The position numbers and the translations under genes are program-made. This document shows, piece after piece, positions 18,279-28,812 of a stretch of DNA of 41,689 nucleotides. Within the stretch, counting starts at the first letter, position 1. Each line of letters begins with the position of its first letter. This stretch comes from Nitrospiraceae bacterium (lineage in GTDB: Bacteria; Nitrospirota; Nitrospiria; Nitrospirales; UBA2166). The stretch covers positions 1 to 41,689 of the forward strand of contig PBSN01000016.1 of NCBI GenBank assembly GCA_002726235.1, in the 5' to 3' direction. The notes beneath the pieces were generated by a model. That model had not been told where the DNA came from. It saw nothing but the letters and a program-made list of their open reading frames with translations, and made no database searches.

Positions 18279-20852
18279 TCAGCCGCCACCTATTGCACGG
18301 ATGAGCATATTGTTACGCTCATTCCCCTCCACAACCGCGTCACCATCATCAATAACGATAATCGCGAATTTGTCGACGAGAGATTCGAGCTCGCGAACTT
18401 TAAATTTCCGTATTCTCGGCTCAAGAACTTCTACTTGAAATGATTGTCGCGCCGGCCGATCATTATCATCAAACACATTGTCATCGGACACAAACAATGA
18501 CACGAAAAACGGTGCAATATCCGCACTCGCTCCAAAATTTCCAATATTCAGCTTCACGACAAGCTGATCTCCAGATGCCTTGACTTTATGTTTAAACTTC
18601 ATAATTTCAGCGGAAAGGTCAGGCAAACCAGCTTGTTCAACGTCAGTAATCTTTAGAATAAAAGCATCACTTTCCCTTCCAAATATTTCCTGAACCGCAT
18701 CAGTCGTTGGAAAGTCAACGGACGTTGTTTTTCCTGCGATATAGGCATTTCCACCACGATCAACAATAATCGAGGTCCCAACATCATCACTCCTACCCCC
18801 AATATACGTGGAATACAAAAGTAGTTCGCCATCCGAATGAAGCTTTGCAGCAAATGTTTCTCCGTCAAAAATCCCGCCATTTTTTTCCTCTTGCACCGCA
18901 TTCATGACCGGGAAATCATCGGAAGTCGTCCGACCAGTAATATAGGCATTACCCGAAACATCAAGCGCAATGCTGTTGCCAATGTCATCACGTTGTCCAC
19001 CAACATAAGTGGAAAAGATAAGAAATTCTCCAGTAGGCGCGAGCTTCAATACAAAGGCATCACCATTTCTTGCCACATTATTTGACCCAAAACCTGGCTG
19101 CAACACCCCTTCTGTCGTGGGAAAATCCCTTGAGCGAGTACCACCAACAATGTACCCGTTCCCCGCACTATCAAGGGCCACCCCACGGCCTATATCGTCG
19201 CCTTTACCCCCTAGGTAACTGGAATACTCAAGCTGTGTTCCCTCAGAATTGAGTTTCACGATAAACGCATCATCCCGCCCACCCAAAACCGTTTGCACCG
19301 ATTCAGCGGTTGTCGGAAAATTTTCTGAATCTGTCACACCAGTAACAACGACCTGACCAAAAGAATCGACGACAATTGCTTCCCCTTGATCATCACCAGC
19401 TCCCCCGAGATAGGTTGAATAGAGCAAATCGGTTCCACTCGCATTAAGGCGGGTGACAAACGCATCATCCTCGCCACCGGATTGAGGTTGTACCGCCGCA
19501 TCGCTCGTCGGGAAATCTTCCGAACCTGTACGACCTGTCATAAACGCCTCACCCAAAGAGCTCACCGTAATCCCAAGCCCAATATCGCTCTCACTGCTTC
19601 CCAGAAAAGTGGAATAGATGAATGCGCTGCCCTCTGGATTCAACTTAAACGCAAATGCATCAACACCTCCATTCATCCTTGTCTGAAACGCACCAGCAGT
19701 AGCCGGAAAGTTTTTTGAGAACGTGCTTCCCACAACATACACCGCTCCATTCGCATCGACCGCCATGTCATTTGCAACATCAATGTCATGGCCGCCAATA
19801 ACTGTTGAGTAGATCAACTCATTTCCCTGTGACGTGAACTTGGCAACGAACACATCTTGCACACCAGCTCCTGTTGGCTGCAGCGAACTCTCAGTCGGGA
19901 AACCGCCGTTGGTTGTTCCTGCTACAAACACGTGTCCATTGGCATCTAATCCGATTCCAGCTCCATGATCAAGACCATTGCCTCCGAGATAGGTTGAATA
20001 GAGCAACACAGGATCAATCACAAGAGGTTTTGTTCGATCAAAGGCCGCAACATGAAATCTGACGTTCCCATCATTCGTAATGCGGTATCCCCCCTTGATC
20101 GGCACTCGGGTCCGAGTGACACCATCCCCAGTTGGCGATTCGGTTACGTCTTGGTAAATCACCGGCTTCTGATAGATTAGGCGCGCTCCTGCAACCGACA
20201 ACACGAGATTTCCTCCACGATCAATCGCCATCGTGTCGACACCATCAAAACCTATGGTAACGTCATGAGGATTGGCACCCGATTCAACAATGACATCATA
20301 TTCAAAATGTCCTTTGTTTCCGTAATAGACCATGTGAATCCCAGGGTATACCTCGTCATACCGCACCCTGGCATACATCGGAATGTCGGTGTGCCAGCGC
20401 GCAGGATCACTACCTCCCAAATAATGGTATTTGCCGTGTAAGGGATCTAGCCCCTTAATAGTTGGAGAAGGGTTGGCTCCAATAAATCGCATCCGAAGCA
20501 TAGACGAACGAGGTGAATTCTGCGTGATTGATCCAGACAGCGCTTCATGAGGTGGATCGAAAACGAACACCCGCTCGGAGGAGGAAAGTAACAGAGAACC
20601 TCCCCGCTGCTGAGAGAAAAACTTCACCTCAGAGTTGAACTGCCCATGGTTTGCTTGGAAGGTCACCGGCAACGTGGTCGCATTCATTGCCATCACTGGT
20701 ATCGTTTCCATACTCCACGACGTCGTTGGAAGACTCACAATCCCTCCAAACAACATGACAACACCCATTCTGCGTGTGAAGACAGACAAGGCCGCGACAT
20801 CCCAATAGGACACTTGCCTCATCACCATCCTAAACACCCGAACACCATCCAT
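18279..20852 (-). CDS. Secreted SBBP beta-propeller repeat protein with C-terminal CARDB/Ig-like domain
   Basis: FQANHGQ, VYPGI and LVIDPVL N-domain, then repeated YSTYLGG...D..GN.Y..G.T.S.DFP units and a C-terminal E.NE.NN motif. Exact start uncertain. Confidence 0.88.
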   Translation of the reverse strand: MDGVRVFRMVMRQVSYWDVAALSVFTRRMGVVMLFGGIVSLPTTSWSMETIPVMAMNATTLPVTFQANHGQFNSEVKFFSQQRGGSLLLSSSERVFVFDPPHEALSGSITQNSPRSSMLRMRFIGANPSPTIKGLDPLHGKYHYLGGSDPARWHTDIPMYARVRYDEVYPGIHMVYYGNKGHFEYDVIVESGANPHDVTIGFDGVDTMAIDRGGNLVLSVAGARLIYQKPVIYQDVTESPTGDGVTRTRVPIKGGYRITNDGNVRFHVAAFDRTKPLVIDPVLLYSTYLGGNGLDHGAGIGLDANGHVFVAGTTNGGFPTESSLQPTGAGVQDVFVAKFTSQGNELIYSTVIGGHDIDVANDMAVDANGAVYVVGSTFSKNFPATAGAFQTRMNGGVDAFAFKLNPEGSAFIYSTFLGSSESDIGLGITVSSLGEAFMTGRTGSEDFPTSDAAVQPQSGGEDDAFVTRLNASGTDLLYSTYLGGAGDDQGEAIVVDSFGQVVVTGVTDSENFPTTAESVQTVLGGRDDAFIVKLNSEGTQLEYSSYLGGKGDDIGRGVALDSAGNGYIVGGTRSRDFPTTEGVLQPGFGSNNVARNGDAFVLKLAPTGEFLIFSTYVGGQRDDIGNSIALDVSGNAYITGRTTSDDFPVMNAVQEEKNGGIFDGETFAAKLHSDGELLLYSTYIGGRSDDVGTSIIVDRGGNAYIAGKTTSVDFPTTDAVQEIFGRESDAFILKITDVEQAGLPDLSAEIMKFKHKVKASGDQLVVKLNIGNFGASADIAPFFVSLFVSDDNVFDDNDRPARQSFQVEVLEPRIRKFKVRELESLVDKFAIIVIDDGDAVVEGNERNNMLIRAIGGG

Positions 20853-21603
20853 CGTACGTCACGTTCATCAAGTATAACCCATGAGGTGGAGCCGTTCTTC
20901 CAGATTGACATCGGTCCCGTGCCTCAAGAATATCGGAGATTGATGAGGCAGAAATCTTTCCTGCTCCCACATCAACACAGGTCCCCACTATCACACGAAC
21001 CATTTGCTTTAGAAAGCGATCTGCTTCAACAGTCAACACGATTTCATCACCTTCTTTAATGACCTTGCAGGATACCACCGTGCATATGGTGTCTTGAGTC
21101 TGTGTGGGCATGCAACGAAACGATGTAAAGTCGTGCATTCCGCAAAACCGCTTTGCCGCCTCTTGCATGTCCTGAACAGAGAGAGTCTGCCAAATATGCC
21201 ACCTACGATTCCATGCAAGCCCAGAGCGTTCACGCCGGTTGAGTATCCGATACTCATATCGTTTGGTCCTTGCAGAAAATCTCGGATGAAAATCATTGCC
21301 GACGGGCTCCGCCAACCGAACGGAAATATCGGCTGGCAGGAGGCGATTCAATACATACCGCCAATCGCGATGAGAATGTGCGCCATCAACGCGAAAACTT
21401 GCAACTTGTGCTACGGCATGCACGCCTGCATCCGTGCGGCCTGCTGCCACCACCGGCGTATCTTGTTGAATAATTTGCTGAAGGGAGTTTTCAACAACTC
21501 CTTGAATGGTAGGAACGAGAGGCTGTCTTTGCCATCCATGATAGCATGTCCCATCGTATTCAACGATGAGCCGAATCTGTACTTCCTTACTCTCCGGAAA
21601 CAA
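20830..21603 (-). CDS. truA: tRNA pseudouridine(38-40) synthase
   Basis: Motifs EYDGTCYHGWQ, AGRTDAGVHA, FLKQMVR and TAPPHGLYL. Start uncertain (TTG at 21603 or 21651). Confidence 0.95.
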   Translation of the reverse strand: MFPESKEVQIRLIVEYDGTCYHGWQRQPLVPTIQGVVENSLQQIIQQDTPVVAAGRTDAGVHAVAQVASFRVDGAHSHRDWRYVLNRLLPADISVRLAEPVGNDFHPRFSARTKRYEYRILNRRERSGLAWNRRWHIWQTLSVQDMQEAAKRFCGMHDFTSFRCMPTQTQDTICTVVSCKVIKEGDEIVLTVEADRFLKQMVRVIVGTCVDVGAGKISASSISDILEARDRCQSGRTAPPHGLYLMNVTYDGWCSGV

Positions 21604-22798
21604 CGTACTGCGATTTGTTATATGCCGGAATGTATTCTGATATTCCAACAAAGATCGACTCTGCGACCTGCTGGCGGAACTTTGATGACGCGAGGCGCTT
21701 TCTATCCTTTGAATTCGTCAGGTAAGCAACTTCAGCGAGGATGCCAGCCATCGGTGCAGCAGTGTGTCGAAGCACATAAAACGGTGCAGTCTTTACGCCC
21801 AAGTCGGCAAGGTTATATTTGGCTCCAAGCTGTTTTGCCATCGCTTCCCTTGTCAACCATGCCAAATCAATGGAATTCTCAACCTTCCGTCGCATAAGCA
21901 GGTCGCTATTTAGCTGGGCGATCTCGTTAATGTCGCCAATCTCTTCAAGCGAGATCCCATTCTCTCTGGCCGCAACTGCTAAAGCACGCTCATCTTCAGC
22001 CACCCCAAACGTATAGACTTCCAGACCCTCGACCTTTGAATTTGAATGGGCATTGGCATGAATGGAAATAAACAAGTCAGCCTTCTTCTCGTTCGCCAAT
22101 GCTACTCGATCTTCCAACTCAACAAACACATCCGTCTCACGCGTCATATAGATCGTAGCATCGGACCGGTTTTCCATAATCAGGCGAAGTCTAAGCGCAA
22201 TATCCAGAACAAGATCCTTCTCTTCAAGTTTTGCTTTTTTAACCGTCGCTCCTGGATCTTTTCCACCATGCCCTGGATCAATCACAATGGTCCGAATGTC
22301 TCCCTCGGCACGACGCTGCTCTTCCGTCAAAACTTTGGGTGAGGTTCCTGATTTCGATGCACCATGCGCTCGCTGTGTCGACACGTCATAGAGATCGATC
22401 ACAAGCCGATAAGGCTTATCGAGACTGAGAATCCTAAACGTTCCCATCACGGCAAGATCAAGATCAACACGAACCCGATCGCCCTTCCACGAGTAAATGC
22501 TCATTGGGTGGGGAATATCGGTACTGACAATGGCCTGTTGCGCCTCCGGCCCAAGCACAACGTCTTGGATCGTGATCGTCGCACGATCAGGGTTTGCCAG
22601 CCGTTGATGTGCATAGTCAGCTTGCTGCTCGAGATCAAACACAACCCGAACATACTCCGGTGAATGCCCCACGCGGATATTTTTTACAAGTGATTGAGTA
22701 GCAGAAAAATCGGCGAGACCGAGACTAGGAAAGGAGAAAAACAACGTGAAAGCGACCCACAGGACTCCCCCGAACAAAAACGTCCTTCTGGCACTCAC
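21587..22798 (-). CDS. N-acetylmuramoyl-L-alanine amidase with AMIN domain (AmiC-like)
   Basis: Tat-like RRTFL N-terminus, AMIN-type RVVFDL/RLVIDL, and IDPGHGGKDPGA and ISIHAN motifs. Confidence 0.93.
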   Translation of the reverse strand: MSARRTFLFGGVLWVAFTLFFSFPSLGLADFSATQSLVKNIRVGHSPEYVRVVFDLEQQADYAHQRLANPDRATITIQDVVLGPEAQQAIVSTDIPHPMSIYSWKGDRVRVDLDLAVMGTFRILSLDKPYRLVIDLYDVSTQRAHGASKSGTSPKVLTEEQRRAEGDIRTIVIDPGHGGKDPGATVKKAKLEEKDLVLDIALRLRLIMENRSDATIYMTRETDVFVELEDRVALANEKKADLFISIHANAHSNSKVEGLEVYTFGVAEDERALAVAARENGISLEEIGDINEIAQLNSDLLMRRKVENSIDLAWLTREAMAKQLGAKYNLADLGVKTAPFYVLRHTAAPMAGILAEVAYLTNSKDRKRLASSKFRQQVAESIFVGISEYIPAYNKSQYVVSGE

Positions 22799-22867
22799 AG
22801 CGGCATACGACCTGTTGTAAATATGGGCTTCGATATTTTTTACTCAGAACAACGCGCCAACCAGGGT

Positions 22868-22897
22868 AATCTATGCCTAGAAAATGAGAAAAGTCAA
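22868..22897 (-). promoter_or_regulatory. Putative sigma70 promoter of amidase-truA
   Basis: TTGACT-N18-TAGATT on the minus strand. Confidence 0.45.
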
Positions 22898-23003
22898 GTC
22901 AGCAAAGGCGAAAACCACTGTGCCTACAGACCCTGTTGCAGTTGATGGCAACGGGATGAAGCGGGCGATATCGTCATCATTCTGCCACACCCCCCCCATG
23001 TGC

Positions 23004-23033
23004 TTGACAAGAAAATTCAGGCCTCTCTACCCT
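23004..23033 (+). promoter_or_regulatory. Putative sigma70 promoter of the NYN gene
   Basis: TTGACA-N18-TACCCT, ending 8 nt before ATG 23042. Confidence 0.4.
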
Positions 23034-23041
23034 AACGAGGT

Positions 23042-23581
23042 ATGGCTCAGAAAGTCATTATAGACGGCTACAATCTTCTCGGGGTGCGTGGACCGATCCG
23101 GGCTGAGATGGAGCAGGAACGCGCACACCTCATTCACGAACTTGGACGCTATGCAAAGCGAAAACACCATCAACTCACAGTGGTATTTGACGGGTGGAAA
23201 TCCGGGGATCCCGTGGAAGGCCAACAGCGCATATCAGGCATCACGGTGATCTTTTCCAAGCTAGGCGAACGAGCTGACCAAGTCATCCAACGGCTCTGCG
23301 TTGAGTACGGAACAAATGCTGTTGTGGTGTCATCAGATCGCGAAATCAGCGACTACACACGCAGCCAGGGAAACTTCGCCATCAGCGCTCAAGAATTTGA
23401 ACAACGCCTTCACCAAGCGTCGACCGATAAAACACGACACCAAGCCAGAGGCAAAACAGAACTCGACGACGATGGTGTCGACCAACACGGGGGAGAGAAA
23501 CAAACCGGAAAGAAAAAAGGCAACCCTCGAAAACTCCCGAGAAAGGAACGACTGCGAAACCGCCGTTTACAACAATTCTAG
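23042..23581 (+). CDS. YacP/Rae1-like NYN-domain ribonuclease
   Basis: Motifs IIDGYN, VVFDG, ADQVI and VVSSDRE, with a basic C-terminal tail. Confidence 0.88.
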   Translation: MAQKVIIDGYNLLGVRGPIRAEMEQERAHLIHELGRYAKRKHHQLTVVFDGWKSGDPVEGQQRISGITVIFSKLGERADQVIQRLCVEYGTNAVVVSSDREISDYTRSQGNFAISAQEFEQRLHQASTDKTRHQARGKTELDDDGVDQHGGEKQTGKKKGNPRKLPRKERLRNRRLQQF

Positions 23582-23660
23582 TAAGATATCGAAGCAATCC
23601 ACCAGCGACCTCGATGGGCAAGCCGATTCTGACACCCTGCTCGAGTCAAATCACTGTTGT

Positions 23661-24428
23661 TCACCCAATCCCAAACAGTTTCTTGGCATTGGCTGACGAC
23701 ACTCGTGCAATCTCTTGCACCGATGTGGGAAACTTTTCATCCGCAATGGTCGCAAGAACGGCAGGTAAATACGAGGGCTCGTTGCGCTTTCCTCGATATG
23801 GAATCGGAGCCAGATACGGGCAATCGGTTTCGATAAGTAGTCGATCAAGCGGAACAACTTGCACTGCTTCCCGCAACTCAGTTGCCTTGGGAAAGGTCAC
23901 AATGCCTGAAAACGACACCATGAATCCGAGATGCAACGCCTGCGTTGCATAGGCAGGATCTCCCGTAAAGCAATGAAACACCCCGGGACGATCCTTCCAT
24001 TCCTCTTCAAGAATAGCAAGTGTATCCTCTTGCGCATCACGCGTATGGATCACCACCGGAAGATCCAGAGCACGTGCAATGCCGAGCTGATCCTTAAATC
24101 GCTCGCGTTGAATGTCACGCGGTGAATGATCATAGTAGTAATCCAATCCAATTTCTCCATAGGCAACGACACGAGGGTGACTCGCCAACACACTGAGTCC
24201 CGCCAAGTCCTCTGCGGTGAGATCTTTAGCCTCATGCGGATGACCACCCACAGTGGCATAGATAAATGAGTGTTGCTCGGCAAGTGCAACAGCCGCACGA
24301 CTGTTCTCAAGATCCGTCCCAACCGTAATTAGCACCTCAACTCCAGCGTTGCGAGCACGAGCGATTACCTCATCACGGTCAGAGTCGAACCGTGCATCGT
24401 GAACGTGTGAGTGGGTATCAATCAACAT
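23661..24428 (-). CDS. tatD: TatD-family DNase
   Basis: Motifs IDTHSH, HPH, GEIGLDY, IHTR, HCF and ETDCPYL. Confidence 0.95.
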   Translation of the reverse strand: MLIDTHSHVHDARFDSDRDEVIARARNAGVEVLITVGTDLENSRAAVALAEQHSFIYATVGGHPHEAKDLTAEDLAGLSVLASHPRVVAYGEIGLDYYYDHSPRDIQRERFKDQLGIARALDLPVVIHTRDAQEDTLAILEEEWKDRPGVFHCFTGDPAYATQALHLGFMVSFSGIVTFPKATELREAVQVVPLDRLLIETDCPYLAPIPYRGKRNEPSYLPAVLATIADEKFPTSVQEIARVSSANAKKLFGIG

Positions 24429-25147
24429 AGAGTTCCTTGATGGTTCATTTCACCTACCGTCTTTTCGATCCATGATTCCGCCAATACGTTAATCTCTGCG
24501 GCAGACCTTCCCTCTGAATCAATCACCGGACCAAACGTCAATTGAATGGTCCCGGGGCGCTTCAAAAATTTACGCCGCGGCCAACACTCCCCCGCGTTGT
24601 GAGCTACCGGAACCACCGGATACCCCGTTCGCGCAGCAAGCAATGCCCCCCCCAACGCATACACACCCCTCGAACCTGCCGAAACGCGTGTGCCCTCTGG
24701 AAACACAACAAGCCATCGACCGGCCTCCAAACGTTCACGCCCTTGAACCAATAACTGATAGATTGCCTTACGGCGAGCCAAGCGATCAATGGCAACAGGC
24801 TCAAGAAGAGCCAATCCCCAGCCAAAAAGTGGAATCCACAACAACTCCCGTTTGATAACAAATGCCAAAGGTGGCAAACACAGAGGTAAAACCAATGTCT
24901 CCCAAGCCGACTGGTGCTTGCACAACACAATCGCGTTGGTTGCTGGAATATTCTCTCGCCCAATCACCTCGTAATGGATTCCACACGTTAGCGCAAGCCA
25001 CCACACATTGAAGCGATTCCACTGGATAAAAAACCAATATCGCCATAAAAATGGTAATGGGAACACGAGAAGACAAAACGGCGCAAAAATAATCGTCGAG
25101 ACCCCTTGCCCCAACACGAATAACAACGACCGAACATATGCGCCCAT
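24422..25147 (-). CDS. plsC: 1-acyl-sn-glycerol-3-phosphate acyltransferase
   Basis: Motifs KHQSAWET, KREL, IDR and FPEGTR. Confidence 0.9.
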   Translation of the reverse strand: MGAYVRSLLFVLGQGVSTIIFAPFCLLVFPLPFLWRYWFFIQWNRFNVWWLALTCGIHYEVIGRENIPATNAIVLCKHQSAWETLVLPLCLPPLAFVIKRELLWIPLFGWGLALLEPVAIDRLARRKAIYQLLVQGRERLEAGRWLVVFPEGTRVSAGSRGVYALGGALLAARTGYPVVPVAHNAGECWPRRKFLKRPGTIQLTFGPVIDSEGRSAAEINVLAESWIEKTVGEMNHQGTLC

Positions 25148-25273
25148 AGAGTCCAAAATCACCCGTTCAAACCAAAGCACACATCCAACATAATTGTATT
25201 GATAGAAACGAAGCCTTCCTGTACGCTTGAATGAGATTCAGCATCGTATCACACGACAACGCCCACGCGAATA

Positions 25274-26383
25274 ATGATTTCTCCCCGAAACATACCCACA
25301 CTCTGCCTATACGCCTGCACTCTAGCCGTGATCTCTACCTTCCACGTTCCGCCGACCTTTGCAACGGACATGAGTATTTACAGTGTCCCACTTAACCATA
25401 TCATCCTCGATGACTTCCGCGGTGGTGCCATCCCGCTCAATCAGGCATCACCAGAACTCATTGAAACACTCAAAGATCGCATTCCGCCACTGACTAACCC
25501 GCGGTACAGCATGGCGCAGGAAGCATCATGGCTTGCGAACGATGATATTGTCCTTGGCTTTGTGGAAAAAGGCGATGCTCGTGCTTTTCCAACGCGCATT
25601 TTGAATTTTCACGAAATCGTCAATGACACCATCGGCGGACGAACGGTCTTAATATCGTATTGCCCACTGTGTCGTTCGGGACTGGTTTTTGATCGCCAGG
25701 TTGGAACTAAACTCCTCACCTTTGGAAACACTAGCGGGTTATACGAGAGCGATATGGTAATGTATGACCATCAGACTAAGAGCTACTGGTTTCAAGTCAG
25801 AGGTGAAGCAATTGTCGGATCGCTCACGGGTACAAGGCTCACCCTCCTCCCAGCCTTCCTCCTTCCTTGGAGCGAATGGCTCACTCTCTACCCGAACACG
25901 AAGGTCCTATCTCGAGAGACAGGGTTTTCACGGCCCTACCATCGCGACCCTTTTCGCGGATATGATGAGCTAGGAACACTGCCTGGATTTCCAATCAACA
26001 CCACAGACAATCGGCTCGATCCGAAAGAAAAAGTATTGGGACTCACCCACAACGGGGTAAGAAGAGCATATTCACTAACCCGGCTAGGCCACTCCGCAAC
26101 CATGGATACCATCGGCGGCAAGCCAGTCGTGGTATTCTCAGACAGCGCAGGACCATCCGGCGCAGTGTTTGATGCTACTGCCAAGTCGCTCGCCCTTTCA
26201 TTTTTTCTTGCACAAGGGATGTTTAAAGATCACCAGACGCGATCAACATGGAACCTTGCAGGAGAAGCAACAAATGGCCCTCTTAAGGGCCTTCGTCTCA
26301 CCCCTCTTGCAGCACACAGCACCTTCTGGTTTGCCCGGATCGCCGCATTCCCAGACACAGGCATCTATACGCCACATTCCTAG
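25274..26383 (+). CDS. Exported DUF3179-family protein
   Basis: Signal peptide, IPPLTNP, HEIVND...YCPLC, GLYESDMVMYDHQT and FWFA...FPDT. Confidence 0.82.
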   Translation: MISPRNIPTLCLYACTLAVISTFHVPPTFATDMSIYSVPLNHIILDDFRGGAIPLNQASPELIETLKDRIPPLTNPRYSMAQEASWLANDDIVLGFVEKGDARAFPTRILNFHEIVNDTIGGRTVLISYCPLCRSGLVFDRQVGTKLLTFGNTSGLYESDMVMYDHQTKSYWFQVRGEAIVGSLTGTRLTLLPAFLLPWSEWLTLYPNTKVLSRETGFSRPYHRDPFRGYDELGTLPGFPINTTDNRLDPKEKVLGLTHNGVRRAYSLTRLGHSATMDTIGGKPVVVFSDSAGPSGAVFDATAKSLALSFFLAQGMFKDHQTRSTWNLAGEATNGPLKGLRLTPLAAHSTFWFARIAAFPDTGIYTPHS

Positions 26384-26413
26384 TACCTCACCATAGAAGG
26401 AGACCTTTCACCA

Positions 26414-26872
26414 TTGAAAATCGTGATCACTGCAGACCATGCCGGTTTTCCACTCAAAGCCATTTTAGTCACAGACCTTACAACCGCTGGCCACGAGGTA
26501 ACCGACCTCGGGACGAACAGCGCGGACTCGCCGGTTGATTATCCGGACATCGCAACCCTCGCGTGTGAGACGGTGCGATCTGGAAATGCGGATCGCGCCA
26601 TTATCCTGTGCGGAAGCGGTGTCGGTGTCACCGTTGCTGCAAACAAGTTTCCCGGCATTCGTGCCGGATTATGCCATGATCACTATTCCGCACATCAGGG
26701 TGTCGAACACGACGACATGAACGTCCTGTGTATGGGAGCCCGTATTTTAGGCCAAGAGCCTGCCAGAGAAATTGCCCAAGCCTTTGCCTCAGCTCAATAC
26801 ACCGCAGAAAAGCGCCACGCGCGCCGCCTAGACAAAGTCAAGGCGATCGAAGCGAAATATACAAAGGGGTAG
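26414..26872 (+). CDS. rpiB: Ribose-5-phosphate isomerase B
   Basis: Motifs DHAG, DYPD, CGSGVG...ANK and EHDDMNVL. TTG start with AAGGAG RBS. Confidence 0.95.
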   Translation: MKIVITADHAGFPLKAILVTDLTTAGHEVTDLGTNSADSPVDYPDIATLACETVRSGNADRAIILCGSGVGVTVAANKFPGIRAGLCHDHYSAHQGVEHDDMNVLCMGARILGQEPAREIAQAFASAQYTAEKRHARRLDKVKAIEAKYTKG

Positions 26873-26877
26873 GCCCC

Positions 26878-28638
26878 ATGCACATACACCTTCCTGACGC
26901 ACTCGATACTGCCGTACACATGTCGCTTGACTCATGGAACGCAAACAAGAAAGTGCAAAAACTATGGGCCAAAGACGCCTCACTCTGGACAGGAACGAAC
27001 GAAGCCAATTGGCTCGGCTGGCTCAATATTGCCACCGACCAACTCGAACATATCGAAACCCTCGAACAAGCTGGACATGCAATTGCTCAGGCAGGGTTTA
27101 CCCACATCTTATTGCTCGGTATGGGCGGATCAAGCCTATGCCCGGAAGTATTTACCCGCACCTTCTCCACCAAAGCAGGTGCTCCAATTTTGCACATGCT
27201 TGATTCTACAGACCCGAGTCAGGTCGCAGCCGTGGAAGCAACCATTGACCTGCCACGCACAAAAGTCATCGTCTCGAGTAAATCCGGGACTACACTTGAG
27301 CCAACCATTCTAAAGCAGTACTTTTTCAATCGCATCAAACAGGTTGTTGAACCCAACACCGTTGGCACACATTTCATCGCTATTACGGACCCAGGATCAC
27401 GCATGGAAGCCGTTGCAAAACGCGATAAATTCGATGTGATCTTTCACGGCATACCCAGTATCGGCGGCCGATATTCCGCGTTATCAAATTTCGGCATCGT
27501 TCCCGCTGCCGGTATGGGTATGAACATTCGTAAGCTACTCACACACGCAAAAAACATGAGCAAGCAGTGCGGCGCAACCGTCGCCCCCGAGCACAACCCA
27601 GGCGTCATGTTAGGGACTGTCATTGGCATGTGTGCAAATGAGGGACGAGATAAGTTGACAATCGTGACGTCCCCTGCACTTCGAGCCTTTGGAGGATGGT
27701 TAGAGCAATTACTGGCGGAGTCGACAGGAAAAGAAGGAAAAGGAATCATTCCCGTCGACCTCGAGCAGTGTGGACCTCCCAACGTCTATGGCAACGATCG
27801 TCTATTTGTATATATCACCCTAGCCGGCGAAAAGAATTCGCGACAGGATGCGCGCATCAACGAACTGCAAGATGCCGGACATCCTAGCGTTCACATCCCC
27901 CTTGCCGACCGATATGAGCTCGGCGCAGAGATGTTCAGATGGGAAATGGCCACTGCAGTAGCGGGCACCATTCTCGGCATCAACCCGTTCAACCAGCCGG
28001 ATGTGGAAGCAAGTAAAATAGCTACCCACGTCTTAACAACGGAATATGAAAACACAGGATCGCTACCGCCGGAAACACCATTGCTCGAGGAGTCCGGCAT
28101 TCGAATCTTTATCGATACACACAACGCCAAATCCCTAGGGGATATCGCGGGTAATGACAAGACTTTGCTGGGGTATCTCAAGGCACACCTGAACACCCTC
28201 AAGGTGGGCGATTACTTCGCGCTGCTCGCGTATATCCATATGAACGAAACACATCATGTGCTGCTAGACACCATTCGTCATCGGGTCCGTGACACTAAAA
28301 AAGTTGCGACCTGTCTCGAATACGGACCTCGATTTCTCCATTCCACAGGTCAGTTGTACAAGGGAGGTCCAAACTCAGGGGTATTTGTGCAGATCACCTG
28401 TGATGACGCCACTGACCTTAAGGTTCCAGATCAAGCCTATACTTTTGGCATCGTGAAGTCCGCACAGGCGCGAGGCGACTTTCAAGTCCTGTCAGAACGC
28501 GGTCGCCGGGTATTGAGGCTACATCTTGGAACAAACGTACCTGCCGGATTGGCCGTACTGAAACAGACAATCGAAGAGGCCCTACACATAGGCCACAAGA
28601 CATATCCCCTTCAAACACGACGGAACCCTCAACCCTAA
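26878..28638 (+). CDS. pgi: Glucose-6-phosphate isomerase (Pgi domain of the Tal/Pgi type)
   Basis: Motifs LGMGGSSL, SSKSGTT, GGRYSAL, EQLLAESTGK and NPFNQPDVE. Start set to the ATG after rpiB. Confidence 0.88.
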   Translation: MHIHLPDALDTAVHMSLDSWNANKKVQKLWAKDASLWTGTNEANWLGWLNIATDQLEHIETLEQAGHAIAQAGFTHILLLGMGGSSLCPEVFTRTFSTKAGAPILHMLDSTDPSQVAAVEATIDLPRTKVIVSSKSGTTLEPTILKQYFFNRIKQVVEPNTVGTHFIAITDPGSRMEAVAKRDKFDVIFHGIPSIGGRYSALSNFGIVPAAGMGMNIRKLLTHAKNMSKQCGATVAPEHNPGVMLGTVIGMCANEGRDKLTIVTSPALRAFGGWLEQLLAESTGKEGKGIIPVDLEQCGPPNVYGNDRLFVYITLAGEKNSRQDARINELQDAGHPSVHIPLADRYELGAEMFRWEMATAVAGTILGINPFNQPDVEASKIATHVLTTEYENTGSLPPETPLLEESGIRIFIDTHNAKSLGDIAGNDKTLLGYLKAHLNTLKVGDYFALLAYIHMNETHHVLLDTIRHRVRDTKKVATCLEYGPRFLHSTGQLYKGGPNSGVFVQITCDDATDLKVPDQAYTFGIVKSAQARGDFQVLSERGRRVLRLHLGTNVPAGLAVLKQTIEEALHIGHKTYPLQTRRNPQP

Positions 28639-28812
28639 TATGTTGAAACGCAGGATAGTCAAAAAAACCAGTCCAATAGGGCCGCAGGCTTGTTTGTCAA
28701 ACGGAGCGTACGCGAAGTGCTCACACACGACAGCGGAACGAGAATATCGCTGGCTGACTTTTTCCGCATCCTTTTGCACACTTACAGCTTCACCCACGGA
28801 AGGAGATACCCA

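Noticed and set aside
18650..20010. Repeats that could be mistaken for an array
   Set aside because: Degenerate protein-level SBBP repeats, not CRISPR or DNA tandem repeats.
23042..24428. NYN nuclease plus TatD as an anti-phage system
   Set aside because: The genes are convergent and both look like ordinary housekeeping families (Rae1/YacP, TatD), with no defence context.
25274..26383. Selenoprotein form of DUF3179
   Set aside because: The CxxC (CPLC) uses ordinary Cys codons and there is no in-frame TGA.
26728..26877. Longer Pgi start (and longer Gnd start at 28690)
   Set aside because: The Pgi extension overlaps rpiB and the Gnd extension lacks family similarity. Downstream ATGs fit the RBS and family N-termini.
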